64,000 nucleotides of DNA from an uncultured Clostridia bacterium (GCA_934746645.1 CAKVFE010000003.1:68997-132996), one strand, 5' to 3'; positions 43,214-53,726 are shown, counted from the stretch's first letter. Notes: generated by a model not told the origin, from the sequence alone. Made by a program: numbers and translations.

Positions 43214-43400
43214 TGTATAACGAAAAGAATTAATATCTATGTATATTAAACTTTTTGATTATATATATTTAATATCTCAGTCATATTAATGGTAAATATT
43301 TTGGAAACAAATTTAAATGATATAGTAAAAACTATATCATTTTTTACTTTTATTAATGCTTTATTTTTGCTAAACTATAGGTATATTTAAGGAGATAATA

Positions 43401-44240
43401 ATGGGATTGTTAAGTAAGAAACCAAAGCGTGTTGCTCTTGTATTGGGTGGTGGTGCTACTAGAGGATTGGCACACATTGGTGTTATTAAGGCATTAGAAG
43501 AAAATAATATAAGTTTTGACTATGTTGCAGGTACATCTGTAGGTTCGCTTGTTGGTGCATTTTATGCTGCTGGACTTACAAGTGATGAGATGATAAAAAT
43601 TGCTAAGGGATTGAAAGTAAAAGATATAAGAAGTAGTATTATACCATTGGTTCCTTCTAAGACAGACGGTATAAAAAATTTGATTATCAACAATCTTGGT
43701 GATATTGATATTTCTCAATTAAAAAGACATTTTTGTGCTGTTGCTGTAGATATCCGTAGTGGCAACGAAATTGACTTTACAAGTGGAAATTTGGCTAATA
43801 TTGTGGCTGGAAGCTGTTCTGTCCCAGGAGTGTTCCAACCAGTTAAATATGGTGACTATTTACTTCATGATGGTGGTCTTGCCAACAATATACCTAGCAA
43901 TGTCCCAAAGATAGTATTTGATTGTGATAAGGTAGTTGCTATAGATGTCAATAGTACTCGTGGACAAGGTACAGAAAGTGATAAGTTTTTTGATACATTG
44001 CTTGCAAGTATGCGTATTATGATGAAAAGCAATAGTTTAAAAGGTTATCTTAATGGGGATATCGTTATCCAACCTGATTTAAAAAGGTTTAAATCAACCA
44101 AACTTGATTTTGTTGATGAAATGATTATGGAAGGGTACAACGCTGCTATTTTTGAAATGGATAGTATTAAAAACCTTATTAATGGTAAAGTTATAAAAGA
44201 AAAGATTAGAAAATTTAAAGTAAACAAACATATGGTGTAA
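43401..44240 (+). CDS. Patatin-like phospholipase (RssA-like)
   Basis: GGGATRG oxyanion motif, GTSVGS nucleophile elbow and a DGG motif. Confidence 0.87.
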   Translation: MGLLSKKPKRVALVLGGGATRGLAHIGVIKALEENNISFDYVAGTSVGSLVGAFYAAGLTSDEMIKIAKGLKVKDIRSSIIPLVPSKTDGIKNLIINNLGDIDISQLKRHFCAVAVDIRSGNEIDFTSGNLANIVAGSCSVPGVFQPVKYGDYLLHDGGLANNIPSNVPKIVFDCDKVVAIDVNSTRGQGTESDKFFDTLLASMRIMMKSNSLKGYLNGDIVIQPDLKRFKSTKLDFVDEMIMEGYNAAIFEMDSIKNLINGKVIKEKIRKFKVNKHMV

Positions 44241-44244
44241 TATA

Positions 44245-45372
44245 TTGAAAAGAAAAACTGTAGATAAACTTATTATATATGGGTGTTTAACTATATTTTT
44301 ATTGCTAACATTGATTATTGGTGGATATTTAGAAATATGGCTTAAATTAAAACCCGATATGTCAAAAATTAATAAATCTGCGTTTGAAGTACATTTTGTA
44401 GATGTTGGAGAAGGTGATGCGACCCTAATTAGGTTTAGTTCTGGCAAAACAATGTTGATTGACTCTGGAGATAATGTCAAAGTTAAACAACTCACAACAT
44501 ACATTGATAAAGTGTTCTTTAATAGTCATAAGAAAGTATTTGATTATGTTGTTTTGACTCACTCTGATAGTGACCACTCTGGCAATATGGATACTATATT
44601 GGATAAGTACAAAGTCAACAATTTTATTAGACCTAACATATTGATTGATGGACTAGAAAATTATCTTGCTGATGGTAGAGCAAAGTATGACAATAATAAC
44701 GACTATGTTTCTACTATTACAAGATTATATTCTTTAGAAAAGGAAAATAAAATTAAAGTTAGTTTTGCCGAACCTGATACTTATATAGATATGGGCAATA
44801 ATGCGAAAGTACATATATTGTCGCCACTTAAACCATATTATACTACAACCAATGATTATTCTATAGTTATGATTGTAGAAGACAACAACGAAAAATTTAT
44901 GTTGACCGGTGATGCTAGTACTGATGTAGAAAATGATATAATTAATAGTTATAATGAAGATGTGCTTGATGTTGATGTCTTAAAACTTGGTCATCACGGC
45001 AGTGATACTTCTACATCACTTGATTGGCTAGACATTACTCAACCAGACTATGCTGTTATTTCGGTTGGAGAAGACAATAGTTATCAACACCCAAGTAGTG
45101 CAGTGTTGGATAACATAGAGATATACAATGAAGAACATACCGATAAAATTAAAATAGCTCAAACATCAATTTTGGGTAATATTGTGTTTTATAGCAATAG
45201 TGCCAATCAGTTGGGTATGTTTAATATTGATAAGATAGGAGATTATTTATTCTTATCTTGGTGGGTTGTAGTTATTGTATTGATAGTTGTTATAGGTGTG
45301 TCTATGTTTATTAATGACTTTATCAATCTATTCAACCGTAACAAAGCAACCAATGTAAGGTCATTTAAATAA
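44245..45372 (+). CDS. Membrane-anchored MBL-fold hydrolase, ComEC C-terminal-domain-like
   Basis: TTG start; FVDVGEGDATLI, THSDSDH and LKLGHHGS motifs; TM helices at both termini. Confidence 0.8.
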   Translation: MKRKTVDKLIIYGCLTIFLLLTLIIGGYLEIWLKLKPDMSKINKSAFEVHFVDVGEGDATLIRFSSGKTMLIDSGDNVKVKQLTTYIDKVFFNSHKKVFDYVVLTHSDSDHSGNMDTILDKYKVNNFIRPNILIDGLENYLADGRAKYDNNNDYVSTITRLYSLEKENKIKVSFAEPDTYIDMGNNAKVHILSPLKPYYTTTNDYSIVMIVEDNNEKFMLTGDASTDVENDIINSYNEDVLDVDVLKLGHHGSDTSTSLDWLDITQPDYAVISVGEDNSYQHPSSAVLDNIEIYNEEHTDKIKIAQTSILGNIVFYSNSANQLGMFNIDKIGDYLFLSWWVVVIVLIVVIGVSMFINDFINLFNRNKATNVRSFK

Positions 45373-45514
45373 TTGATTGTGTTCAATAACTAAAATAATA
45401 TAAAAATGTTTTTATTGTTTTGGACTATTGTCAATTTAATTATTTGGTTATTTATTTAAAATACTATATAATATTATTAGATTAATAATAATCATTCTTA
45501 AAAGGGGTTAAGGC

Positions 45515-46012
45515 ATGATAACTAACATCTGCATTGTTGGATTACTGAAGAAATACACAAAAAGTATATCCAAACGTGTTGCCGACACGCTTGATATGTT
45601 TTATGCAGATGTTACAGAACTTCTTGAGTACGAATATATCAATATGGCTAATGCTGAAAAGATAGTTGGCAAAGAATATATGGAAAAACAAGAAGTAAAA
45701 AAGATAAAGGCTTTGTCCACTTTTGAAAATACGCTTTTTACTGTGGATACTTTTTATCTAAACAATGAAAAGAATCTTCATCATATAAAGAATGGTGCAT
45801 TAGTCATCTATCTTCAACTTAGTCAAAAAATGTTTGATAAACATATAAAACAAGAAAAACTGGCTAAGCAAGAAGAATCAATAGTTAGAAATATGGCATT
45901 TGAGCGTGACTTATTGTTGAAGGATTATGCTGATATTGTGGTTGATATTACCACTGATAAAAATATCGAAAAACTAATTTTAACTAAAATCGAGGAATAT
46001 TATGAAAAGTGA
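45515..46012 (+). CDS. Shikimate-kinase-like protein with degenerate P-loop
   Basis: Collinear with the AroK pattern (NICIVGLLKKYTKSISKRVADTLDMFYADV vs NIvLIGfMGsGKsTvG…lg..f.D.D), but Walker A reads GLLKKYTKS. Overlaps the tkt start by 11 nt. Confidence 0.45.
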   Translation: MITNICIVGLLKKYTKSISKRVADTLDMFYADVTELLEYEYINMANAEKIVGKEYMEKQEVKKIKALSTFENTLFTVDTFYLNNEKNLHHIKNGALVIYLQLSQKMFDKHIKQEKLAKQEESIVRNMAFERDLLLKDYADIVVDITTDKNIEKLILTKIEEYYEK

Positions 46013-47969
46013 TAATTTATGTGTAAACTCTCTTAGACTACTTTCAATGGACGAGATTAACACTGCAAAAAGTGGACACCCAGGTATTGCATTAGGTTGT
46101 GCACCTATACTTTATTCTTTATATGCAAAAGTGTTAAAATGTACACCACAAGCAGAAAAACATCTTCTTCGTGATAGATTTGTTATGTCTGCAGGTCATG
46201 GTTCTTCTTTGTTGTATGCTACATTACATAGTTGTGGTTTTAGCTTTACTATGGACGATTTGAAGGGCTTTAGAACAATCAATTCTCGTTGCCCAGGACA
46301 CCCAGAAGTAAGTGCTGATAATGCAATAGACGCAAGTACAGGACCATTGGGACAAGGACTTGCCAATGCTGTTGGTATGGCTATGGCAGAAAAACATATG
46401 GCTTCTATTTTTAACAAACCAGAATTTAAACTATTTGACAACTATACATACTGCTTGGTAGGTGATGGTTGCTTGATGGAAGGTATTTCTCACGAAGCAT
46501 TAAGTCTTGCTGGTACTTTAAAACTTAACAAACTTATTGTTATTTATGACCGTAACCATGTTTGCCTAGATGGTAGTACAGATATGGCATTTACACAAAA
46601 TACAGCTCAAGTAGTTAAAGGTTATGGCTTTAATGTTATTGAAGTTAAAGATGGCAATAGCGTAGACAAAATTACTTCTGCACTTAATAAAGCAAAGAAA
46701 AGTCAAAAACCAACAATGGTTATTGTTGATACAGTTATTGGTTATGGTTCAAGTCTAGCAGGCGACCATAAAGTACACGGTAGCCCATTAGGTGAAGACG
46801 AAACACTAAAACTTAGAGCAAAACTTGGCGTTGTAGGCGAACCTTTTGAATTAAATCAAAAAGCAAAAGAAGCTTTTGATGGCTTAAAAGACCACTATGA
46901 TGCTATATACAAAGAATTTGAAGAGCGTATGCAAACATACAAACGCAACTATCCATCAGACTATCGTATACTTAATATGTATTTAAAAAATGATTATTCT
47001 GATGTAGACAGCTTTATTGGTAATTTAGAAAATAAGAAAGTAAGCACTAGAGTTGCTAGTGGGGAGATACTTAACACAATCGCTGACAACTATTCTAATA
47101 TACTAGGTGGTTGTGCTGATGTTATGAGTAGTACAAAAGCACAAGTTTATAGCGCTAACTACAACGAAAATCCAGTAGGCCGTAATATTATGTTTGGTGT
47201 AAGAGAACTTGGTATGGCTGGTATTGCTAATGGTATGGCTCTATATAGTGGACTAACACCATTTGTATCTACATTTATGGTATTTGGAGATTATCTAAAA
47301 CCAGCATTAAGAATGAGTGCATTGTCCAATTTAAGAGTTTTGTATATACTTACACACGATTCGTTGTATGTTGGTAAAGATGGTCCTACACATCAACCTG
47401 TAGAGCAAATGGCTATGTTTAGATCAATACCTAATACATATACATTTAGACCTGCAGATTTGGTAGAAACAGCAGCTTGTTATTCTGTTGCACTTAACAC
47501 CAATAGGCCTTCTGTATTTGCATTAACAAGACAAGATTTAGATCCAGTAGAATCTAGTTTTGAAAAAGCAAAATTGGGTGCATACATTATTAAAGATACC
47601 GAAAATACTCCTAACGCTATCCTTATAGCTACTGGTAGTGAAGTTAATACAGCACTTGAAGTAGCTAAAGAGTTGGAAGAATTGGGTCAAAGCATAAGAG
47701 TAGTAAGTATGCCTTGTATGGAACTATTTGATGCTCAACCAGATAGTTATAAAGAAAAAGTTCTTGATCGTACAATACCTACATTTGCTATCGAATTAAG
47801 TTCTGATTTAAGTTTCTATAAATATATCAGCACAGGTGCTGTTATTGGCACAACAACATTTGGAATGAGTGGCACTCCAACAGATGTTATTAAAGAACTT
47901 AAACTTGATACTAAGTCAATAGTTAATCAAATTAAAAAACAACTAAAAATAAAAGAAAAGAAAGATTAA
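46002..47969 (+). CDS. tkt: Transketolase
   Basis: SGHPG, GPLGQG and GDGCLMEG thiamine-diphosphate motifs; 655 aa. Confidence 0.95.
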   Translation: MKSDNLCVNSLRLLSMDEINTAKSGHPGIALGCAPILYSLYAKVLKCTPQAEKHLLRDRFVMSAGHGSSLLYATLHSCGFSFTMDDLKGFRTINSRCPGHPEVSADNAIDASTGPLGQGLANAVGMAMAEKHMASIFNKPEFKLFDNYTYCLVGDGCLMEGISHEALSLAGTLKLNKLIVIYDRNHVCLDGSTDMAFTQNTAQVVKGYGFNVIEVKDGNSVDKITSALNKAKKSQKPTMVIVDTVIGYGSSLAGDHKVHGSPLGEDETLKLRAKLGVVGEPFELNQKAKEAFDGLKDHYDAIYKEFEERMQTYKRNYPSDYRILNMYLKNDYSDVDSFIGNLENKKVSTRVASGEILNTIADNYSNILGGCADVMSSTKAQVYSANYNENPVGRNIMFGVRELGMAGIANGMALYSGLTPFVSTFMVFGDYLKPALRMSALSNLRVLYILTHDSLYVGKDGPTHQPVEQMAMFRSIPNTYTFRPADLVETAACYSVALNTNRPSVFALTRQDLDPVESSFEKAKLGAYIIKDTENTPNAILIATGSEVNTALEVAKELEELGQSIRVVSMPCMELFDAQPDSYKEKVLDRTIPTFAIELSSDLSFYKYISTGAVIGTTTFGMSGTPTDVIKELKLDTKSIVNQIKKQLKIKEKKD

Positions 47970-47985
47970 TTCTTTCTTTTTTTTA
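47955..47985 (+). terminator. Terminator overlapping the tkt stop
   Basis: GAAAGA-TTAAT-TCTTTC stem extended by A/T pairs, plus T-run. Confidence 0.55.
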
Positions 47986-47997
47986 AATAAATAATCT

Positions 47998-48026
47998 TTG
48001 ATAGTTGTTGATTAATGTAGTATAAT
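47998..48026 (+). promoter_or_regulatory. Candidate lon promoter (about 145-nt leader)
   Basis: TTGATA, 17-nt spacer, TATAAT. Confidence 0.55.
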
Positions 48027-48172
48027 AGAATACAATTTTTGTTTGAAAAATAGTTGTATTTAAGATATACTTAAATGTAAGATTTCAACGCTAAAGATTA
48101 TATTTTAGATTTGATTTTTTATACAATAGATTTAAATTTATTTTAGATATACTAATTTTAAAAGGTAGTAAT

Positions 48173-50548
48173 ATGAATAAAGATAATTTTTATTTTGGAT
48201 ATACCAATTTTATTAATTCAATAGAGAAAAAACAAGAACATTTAAAGGTAGTTGCTTCATATAAGTATTTGCTTCCATTTCCTTATATCCCTTATGCAGA
48301 TATAGCAAAAAAGGATAGAGAAAAAGAGATTATCAATTCTATAGCAAAATCTGGCGAAATGTTTTTTATGGCTATTCCTACTTTTATAGACGAATATGCT
48401 GATACAAAAGAAAAATACCATAAAGTGGGCTTAGTATGTAGATTTGAACGCACAGGTCAAAATGATGCCAATGGTATGACATATTTTTGCAACCCAATTT
48501 ATTTTGCTAATGTCGTTAATGTTGTAGAAGAAAATGGTTTTGAATATGCGACAACTCAACCTCAAGAGATGAAAAGTGATAGTTCATTGATGGATTCTTT
48601 GGTAGATAAAACTAGAAATTGGTACTTTAATTATATTGATTATGCCAATAAAAAGATTAATCCAGAGTTGGTAGAATATATCAAAGAAGTTGAAGACCCA
48701 TTTGTTATGGCTTGCCTAATGATGTCAACTATTGATGCTGACCAACACGAACAATATCAATTTATGGAAGAAGAAAATCTTGTTGCTAGACTAGAACAGT
48801 TGTGTGTTTTGCTTAATAGATTATTCTCTTACGAAACACTTAATAAAAACATAGATGCAAAAATCAAACAAGACAACGAACAACATCAAAAAGAAGCTTA
48901 TATTAAAGAGCGTATTAAATATCTTAATAAAGAAATTGGCGAAGACGATGAATTTGGTGCAATGGAAAAGAAAGTTAAAGATTGCAAAATGCCAAAGTCA
49001 ACAGAAGATTATGTCTTAGACCAAATCAGAAAACTTTCAAAAATTCCTCCAATGGCAGCTGATTATAATGTTATTAAAAACTATATCGAAACAGTAGTTG
49101 AACTTCCTTGGTCAAAATACACTACAGACAATATTGATATTGCTCACGCAAGAAAAGTATTAGATGACGAGCATTATGGACTAGAAAAAGTAAAGACTAG
49201 AATACTAGAGTATCTTGCTGTACTTAAACTTAATGATAAAGTTAGTGGCCAAATACTATGTTTGGTCGGTGCACCGGGAGTAGGTAAGACAAGTATAGCA
49301 AAATCAGTAGCCAATGCTTTAGGTCGTAAATTTGTCAAACTTACATTGGGTGGTGTACACGATGAAAGCGAGATAAGAGGACATAGAAAGACTTATGTTG
49401 GTGCTATGGTTGGTAAGATTATATACAATATAAAACTTGCAGGCACCAACAATCCAGTATTCCTATTGGACGAAATAGACAAACTTACTTCTGATATTCA
49501 CGGTGATCCAGCTAGTGCATTGTTGGAAGTATTGGATCCACAACAAAATGCTACATTTAGAGATAACTTCTTGGAAGTTCCTTATGATCTAAGTAAAGTT
49601 ATATTTATTGCAACAGCCAACTATGTTGACCGTATACCAGCACCACTTAGAGATCGTATGGAAATTATTAATGTTGATAGTTATACAGCTAATGAAAAAG
49701 TCGAGATAGCAAAACAACATTTGATACCAAAACAATTAAAAGAAAATGGTATTAAAGAAGGAAGTCTAGTAATAAGTGATGATGTTTTGTATCATATTAT
49801 AGACGAATATACTTATGAAGCAGGTGTTAGAAATCTTGAAAGATTAATAGCTAAAATATGTAGACAGTTGGCAGTTAAACTTGTTGATAATCCAGATGAA
49901 AAATTGCCTTGGGTTATTACTCAAAAAATGTTGCCAATAGTTCTTAACGAACCACCAGTAACCAATCACGGTGTAAGAAAACAACCTGAAGTTGGTGTTG
50001 GATATGGTTTAGGTTGGAGTCCTTATGGTGGAAGTGTACTTACTTTAGAAGGTGTTTCATTAAAGGGTAAAGGCAACCTTGTTGTAACTGGTAACTTAAA
50101 AAATGTTATGCAAGAAAGTTGTAAGATAGCTTATACTGTAGCTAAGAGATGTGTTAATTCTAGTGTTGATTACAACAAACTTGATATACATATCAATGCT
50201 TGCGAAGGTGGAGTACAAAAAGATGGACCAAGTGCTGGTGTAGTACTTGCGTTGGTTATTTATAGTGTACTAACCAATAAAAAGATATCCAATCAATATG
50301 CAATGACAGGAGAGATAAGCTTAACTGGACAAGTATATGCAATAGGTGGACTAAGAGAAAAACTTTATGCTTGTGTACAAAACGGTATTGAAAATGTAAT
50401 TGTTCCTTTGGAAAATAAAAAAGATATTAAGTTTGTACCTAGTGAAATAACAGACAAATTAAATATACATTATGTAAGTACATTTGATGAAGTATTAAAA
50501 CTAGCTATAGTAGGTGATAAAAATGAAAATAACAAAAAGCGTGTTTAA
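48173..50548 (+). CDS. lon: ATP-dependent Lon protease (LonA type)
   Basis: Walker A GAPGVGKTS, Walker B FLLDEIDK, catalytic Ser context DGPSAG; 791 aa. Confidence 0.95.
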   Translation: MNKDNFYFGYTNFINSIEKKQEHLKVVASYKYLLPFPYIPYADIAKKDREKEIINSIAKSGEMFFMAIPTFIDEYADTKEKYHKVGLVCRFERTGQNDANGMTYFCNPIYFANVVNVVEENGFEYATTQPQEMKSDSSLMDSLVDKTRNWYFNYIDYANKKINPELVEYIKEVEDPFVMACLMMSTIDADQHEQYQFMEEENLVARLEQLCVLLNRLFSYETLNKNIDAKIKQDNEQHQKEAYIKERIKYLNKEIGEDDEFGAMEKKVKDCKMPKSTEDYVLDQIRKLSKIPPMAADYNVIKNYIETVVELPWSKYTTDNIDIAHARKVLDDEHYGLEKVKTRILEYLAVLKLNDKVSGQILCLVGAPGVGKTSIAKSVANALGRKFVKLTLGGVHDESEIRGHRKTYVGAMVGKIIYNIKLAGTNNPVFLLDEIDKLTSDIHGDPASALLEVLDPQQNATFRDNFLEVPYDLSKVIFIATANYVDRIPAPLRDRMEIINVDSYTANEKVEIAKQHLIPKQLKENGIKEGSLVISDDVLYHIIDEYTYEAGVRNLERLIAKICRQLAVKLVDNPDEKLPWVITQKMLPIVLNEPPVTNHGVRKQPEVGVGYGLGWSPYGGSVLTLEGVSLKGKGNLVVTGNLKNVMQESCKIAYTVAKRCVNSSVDYNKLDIHINACEGGVQKDGPSAGVVLALVIYSVLTNKKISNQYAMTGEISLTGQVYAIGGLREKLYACVQNGIENVIVPLENKKDIKFVPSEITDKLNIHYVSTFDEVLKLAIVGDKNENNKKRV

Positions 50549-51134
50549 GACAAGTGTTGCTAGTCCATCAAAAATTTTGATAGACGAAAAAGATCAAATA
50601 GCATTTGTAGGTAGAAGTAATGTTGGTAAAAGTAGTCTTATCAATATGTTGGTAAACAACTCAAAATTGTGTAAGACTTCATCTACACCGGGTCGTACTA
50701 GACTAATCAATTATTTTACTATAAATGATGATTTCTATTTTGTAGATTTACCGGGTTATGGTTATGCACAAGCTAGTCATAAAGATGTTGCAAGTTGGCA
50801 ACAACTTATCGAACCATATCTTATCAATAATCCAAAATTGAAGTGTGTTGTAGCACTAGTTGATGTAAGACATGACCCTACTGCACAAGATGCACAAATG
50901 ATCAATTATCTACATTATTACCAAATACCATTCGTGATTGTGGCAACAAAGTGTGACAAATTGCCAAAAAGTAAGGTTAAGCCTGCACTTACAAAAATGG
51001 CAAACATACTAAAAGTTGGTGCTCAAAATGTTTATGGGGTTAGTAGCGAAACACAATATGGTAAACAAGAACTACTTAACAAACTTGACCAATTTAGATT
51101 GGTAGACAATCAAATAGATGAAGTAGAAGAATAA
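50523..51134 (+). CDS. engB: Ribosome-biogenesis GTPase EngB/YsxC
   Basis: G1 GRSNVGKSS, G3 DLPGYG, G4 TKCDK. lon-ysxC synteny as in Bacillus; overlaps the lon 3' end. Confidence 0.9.
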   Translation: MKITKSVFKTSVASPSKILIDEKDQIAFVGRSNVGKSSLINMLVNNSKLCKTSSTPGRTRLINYFTINDDFYFVDLPGYGYAQASHKDVASWQQLIEPYLINNPKLKCVVALVDVRHDPTAQDAQMINYLHYYQIPFVIVATKCDKLPKSKVKPALTKMANILKVGAQNVYGVSSETQYGKQELLNKLDQFRLVDNQIDEVEE

Positions 51135-51175
51135 TTTTTAATCTTTAAAATTAATAATAATTAATATTTATAATT

Positions 51176-51208
51176 AAAGTATATGACTAATAATCATATA
51201 CTTTTTTT
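51176..51208 (+). terminator. Rho-independent terminator
   Basis: AAAGTATATGA/TCATATACTTT hairpin plus T-run. Confidence 0.75.
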
Positions 51209-51306
51209 AATATTTTTTATAATTCATTTTATTTTTATTGGTAACTTTTTTTTAGCTAATTCATATAGTGTAATATACAGGCTTATTAAATAGGAGGTAA
51301 ACATAT

Positions 51307-51963
51307 ATGTCATTTTATTCAGGAAGTAGAAATGCTTTTTGCCCGGGACCTATTACTGGCAATCCTTTGAATGGCTTGTGTGAAAAAGCATGTATTCATG
51401 CAAAGAAAGTTTTTGACGCTTGTCTTCGTCAAATGCAAGAAACAGATGTTCAAGTAACAGTTACCGATTACATACCTGCCAATCCTACTCAACCATTAAC
51501 TTTTGTAAGTGTTAATGCTTTGCCAACTCAAACTACTATTAACAATCTTGTTGTAGATAGATTTGAAGACAAACCATGTTTTGCAAGAGTAAGTGGTGAA
51601 GTGGAAGTACCTATAGAAGTTCATTATACTGATGCCAATGGTGTAGCTGGTGTTGGAAGAAGTACAGTCACAGTTAATAGTGATGTTGTACTTTATGTTC
51701 CACAACCAAGTGTTGTACCATTTACGGTAGAAGCATATTGCAACTGTCTAAGTCCAGATGGCGAGTATGTGGGCAATAATGTATTTAGCTTAGACTTCTG
51801 TCTAGCATTAATACTAAGAGTGGTAGTAGAGGCAGAGATACTTGTACCAAGTTATGGATATTGTCCTATACCACCTTGTCAAGAATTTACTCAAGATGCA
51901 TGCTCAGGATTCTTTGAATTACCATTGTATCCAGCACAGCAACCTGTAGCCAATGCTAACTAG
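51307..51963 (+). CDS. Cys-rich hypothetical protein (about 11 Cys, beta-rich, no signal peptide)
   Basis: Very strong RBS TAGGAGGT. Visibly higher GC than its surroundings. Ends with a strong terminator. Confidence 0.6.
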   Translation: MSFYSGSRNAFCPGPITGNPLNGLCEKACIHAKKVFDACLRQMQETDVQVTVTDYIPANPTQPLTFVSVNALPTQTTINNLVVDRFEDKPCFARVSGEVEVPIEVHYTDANGVAGVGRSTVTVNSDVVLYVPQPSVVPFTVEAYCNCLSPDGEYVGNNVFSLDFCLALILRVVVEAEILVPSYGYCPIPPCQEFTQDACSGFFELPLYPAQQPVANAN

Positions 51964-51976
51964 TTAGTGTGGTATT

Positions 51977-52007
51977 AAGATGTGTATTAAAAGTACACAT
52001 CTTTTTT
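51977..52007 (+). terminator. Rho-independent terminator
   Basis: AAGATGTGTA/TACACATCTT hairpin plus T-run. Confidence 0.8.
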
Positions 52008-52229
52008 ATTGATAAATTTAACATTAAAATGATTTAAGTGTTCAAGTGAAAATATAAAATGATTAAAAAATATAACTTGTGTTTAGTTTTTATATCCCAG
52101 TATTAAATAAAAATTATGATAGTATCAGTTTTGGATATTAAGTTTAAAATTTTTTGATATCCAAAATAACTATTGAAAAAATATCTTTAATGTAGTAAAC
52201 TATTAGTAGATAAAAATTTTGGAGGGAAT

Positions 52230-53696
52230 ATGCTAAATACAAGTTTGATAACCTCAGAAATGAATGATGAGTTGTGTGAATTAGAGCGTGTCAATTATAT
52301 GCTTATGGTTACCAATAAACAATATAGAGCTTGCCAAAATGAAGGAGTATCAGAAAGAGCTAGAAAGTACTTTGATGAAAAACTTCAATTTCTATCCGAA
52401 TATTACGATACACTTGTTAATGAGATAAAAAAAGAATATAGTAATAGAAGATTTGAAGATACTCAGTTAATTAATGAAAAAACTGAAAAATTTAGAAATT
52501 TGTTTTTGCAAGAATATCCAGAATGTGGTGGCAAGTTTGAAGACAAATTTGATAAATATGGCAATAGTACATATCTTCCTTTCCAAGAAGATTTTTATAA
52601 ATTTTGTTCTGGTGAACCAACATTAAGAGATGATATGTTGTTTTATGCGTATACAAATTTTGTTTCTTCAAAATTGATTGAAGCACAATATGACAATTTC
52701 TTTGAACTGCTTAATGGTATTGTTGAACAAATCAATGAATATGGTGTAAGACCTATATGGGGACAACAATTAAGTGAAAATCTAAAAGAAGTACCAGCTT
52801 GGGCAGTTGCTAATATCAATGATATAGCCAATGGTAAAAGATTGGAAACAAAAAATGATTTAAGAAAAGTCGCTATGCAAAATCTTAATCTTAAAAAGAT
52901 GGTTAAAAAGAATGGTAGTGACCCAGTAAGTATTGCTAAATATAAAGAATTGGTACATAAAGTAAACAAACTAGAAAGCGAAATTGTTTTAAACGATAAA
53001 ATAATTGCAAGCAGTAACAATCCTGCTTGTAGAGCAGATTGTTTAACTTATGGTTGGAGATTTAGAGATACTGGATTATTGTCAATAATTGACAACATAA
53101 CTAAATTTGTAAACAATGTTCCTAGAGATATATTAAACATTGATGAAGAGCGTACAAAAATGATTGTTACTAATAGAGAAATAAATGACATAGTTGAGTA
53201 TGCAAAAAATCAACTAGAAACATTAGAACCAACTTTAGTTTTGGCAAAAGTAAGCAATCAACCTATATCTTTTAAATTAAAAGATTATGAGTATTCAAAA
53301 AATGCAATAATGTTTATTGATACAATGCACAAATATAATTCTGCTAGAACTATGGAACTTAATGAACAATTAAAAAATAGAAAACTAAAACCAAAGCAAG
53401 TTAAAGAAATTAATTCCGAATTAGACAAAATTAATGATTGTATTTCTAGTTATGATATTGCAAAATTTACTACACCTTATGGCGTAGTTAAATATGTCAA
53501 TGGACAATTAATCAACACTCTAAATAATACTCCTATAAGCATATCTAAATTGGATACATATAGATGTGTAGAAGGTAAGACAATGGAAAGATTGGATAGA
53601 GATGGTGTAATTGTTGAAAGTACATCAGTAAAAAATATGGAAAAACTATTAGTTAATGTCTATGATAGATACAAAAATGCAGGAAGAGGAATGTAA
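52230..53696 (+). CDS. Hypothetical protein (488 aa, orphan)
   Basis: GGAGGG RBS and a long uninterrupted ORF; no recognisable motif. Confidence 0.6.
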   Translation: MLNTSLITSEMNDELCELERVNYMLMVTNKQYRACQNEGVSERARKYFDEKLQFLSEYYDTLVNEIKKEYSNRRFEDTQLINEKTEKFRNLFLQEYPECGGKFEDKFDKYGNSTYLPFQEDFYKFCSGEPTLRDDMLFYAYTNFVSSKLIEAQYDNFFELLNGIVEQINEYGVRPIWGQQLSENLKEVPAWAVANINDIANGKRLETKNDLRKVAMQNLNLKKMVKKNGSDPVSIAKYKELVHKVNKLESEIVLNDKIIASSNNPACRADCLTYGWRFRDTGLLSIIDNITKFVNNVPRDILNIDEERTKMIVTNREINDIVEYAKNQLETLEPTLVLAKVSNQPISFKLKDYEYSKNAIMFIDTMHKYNSARTMELNEQLKNRKLKPKQVKEINSELDKINDCISSYDIAKFTTPYGVVKYVNGQLINTLNNTPISISKLDTYRCVEGKTMERLDRDGVIVESTSVKNMEKLLVNVYDRYKNAGRGM

Positions 53697-53700
53697 TTAA

Positions 53701-53726
53701 AATACCGAGCAATCGGTATTTTTTTG
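53701..53726 (+). terminator. Rho-independent terminator
   Basis: AATACCGA-GCAA-TCGGTATT plus T-run. Confidence 0.8.

Noticed and set aside
41063-45372. A genomic island integrated at the ssrA 3' end
   Set aside because: No integrase or recombinase gene is present, and by eye I found no direct repeat of the tmRNA 3' end downstream. The downstream genes (patatin, ComEC-like MBL hydrolase) look like ordinary chromosomal genes.
48063-48153. The AGATATACT direct repeat (48063-48071 and 48145-48153) in the long lon leader, as a heat-shock operator
   Set aside because: It is a 9-mer repeated once in AT-rich sequence and matches neither the CtsR nor the CIRCE consensus, so a chance occurrence is plausible.
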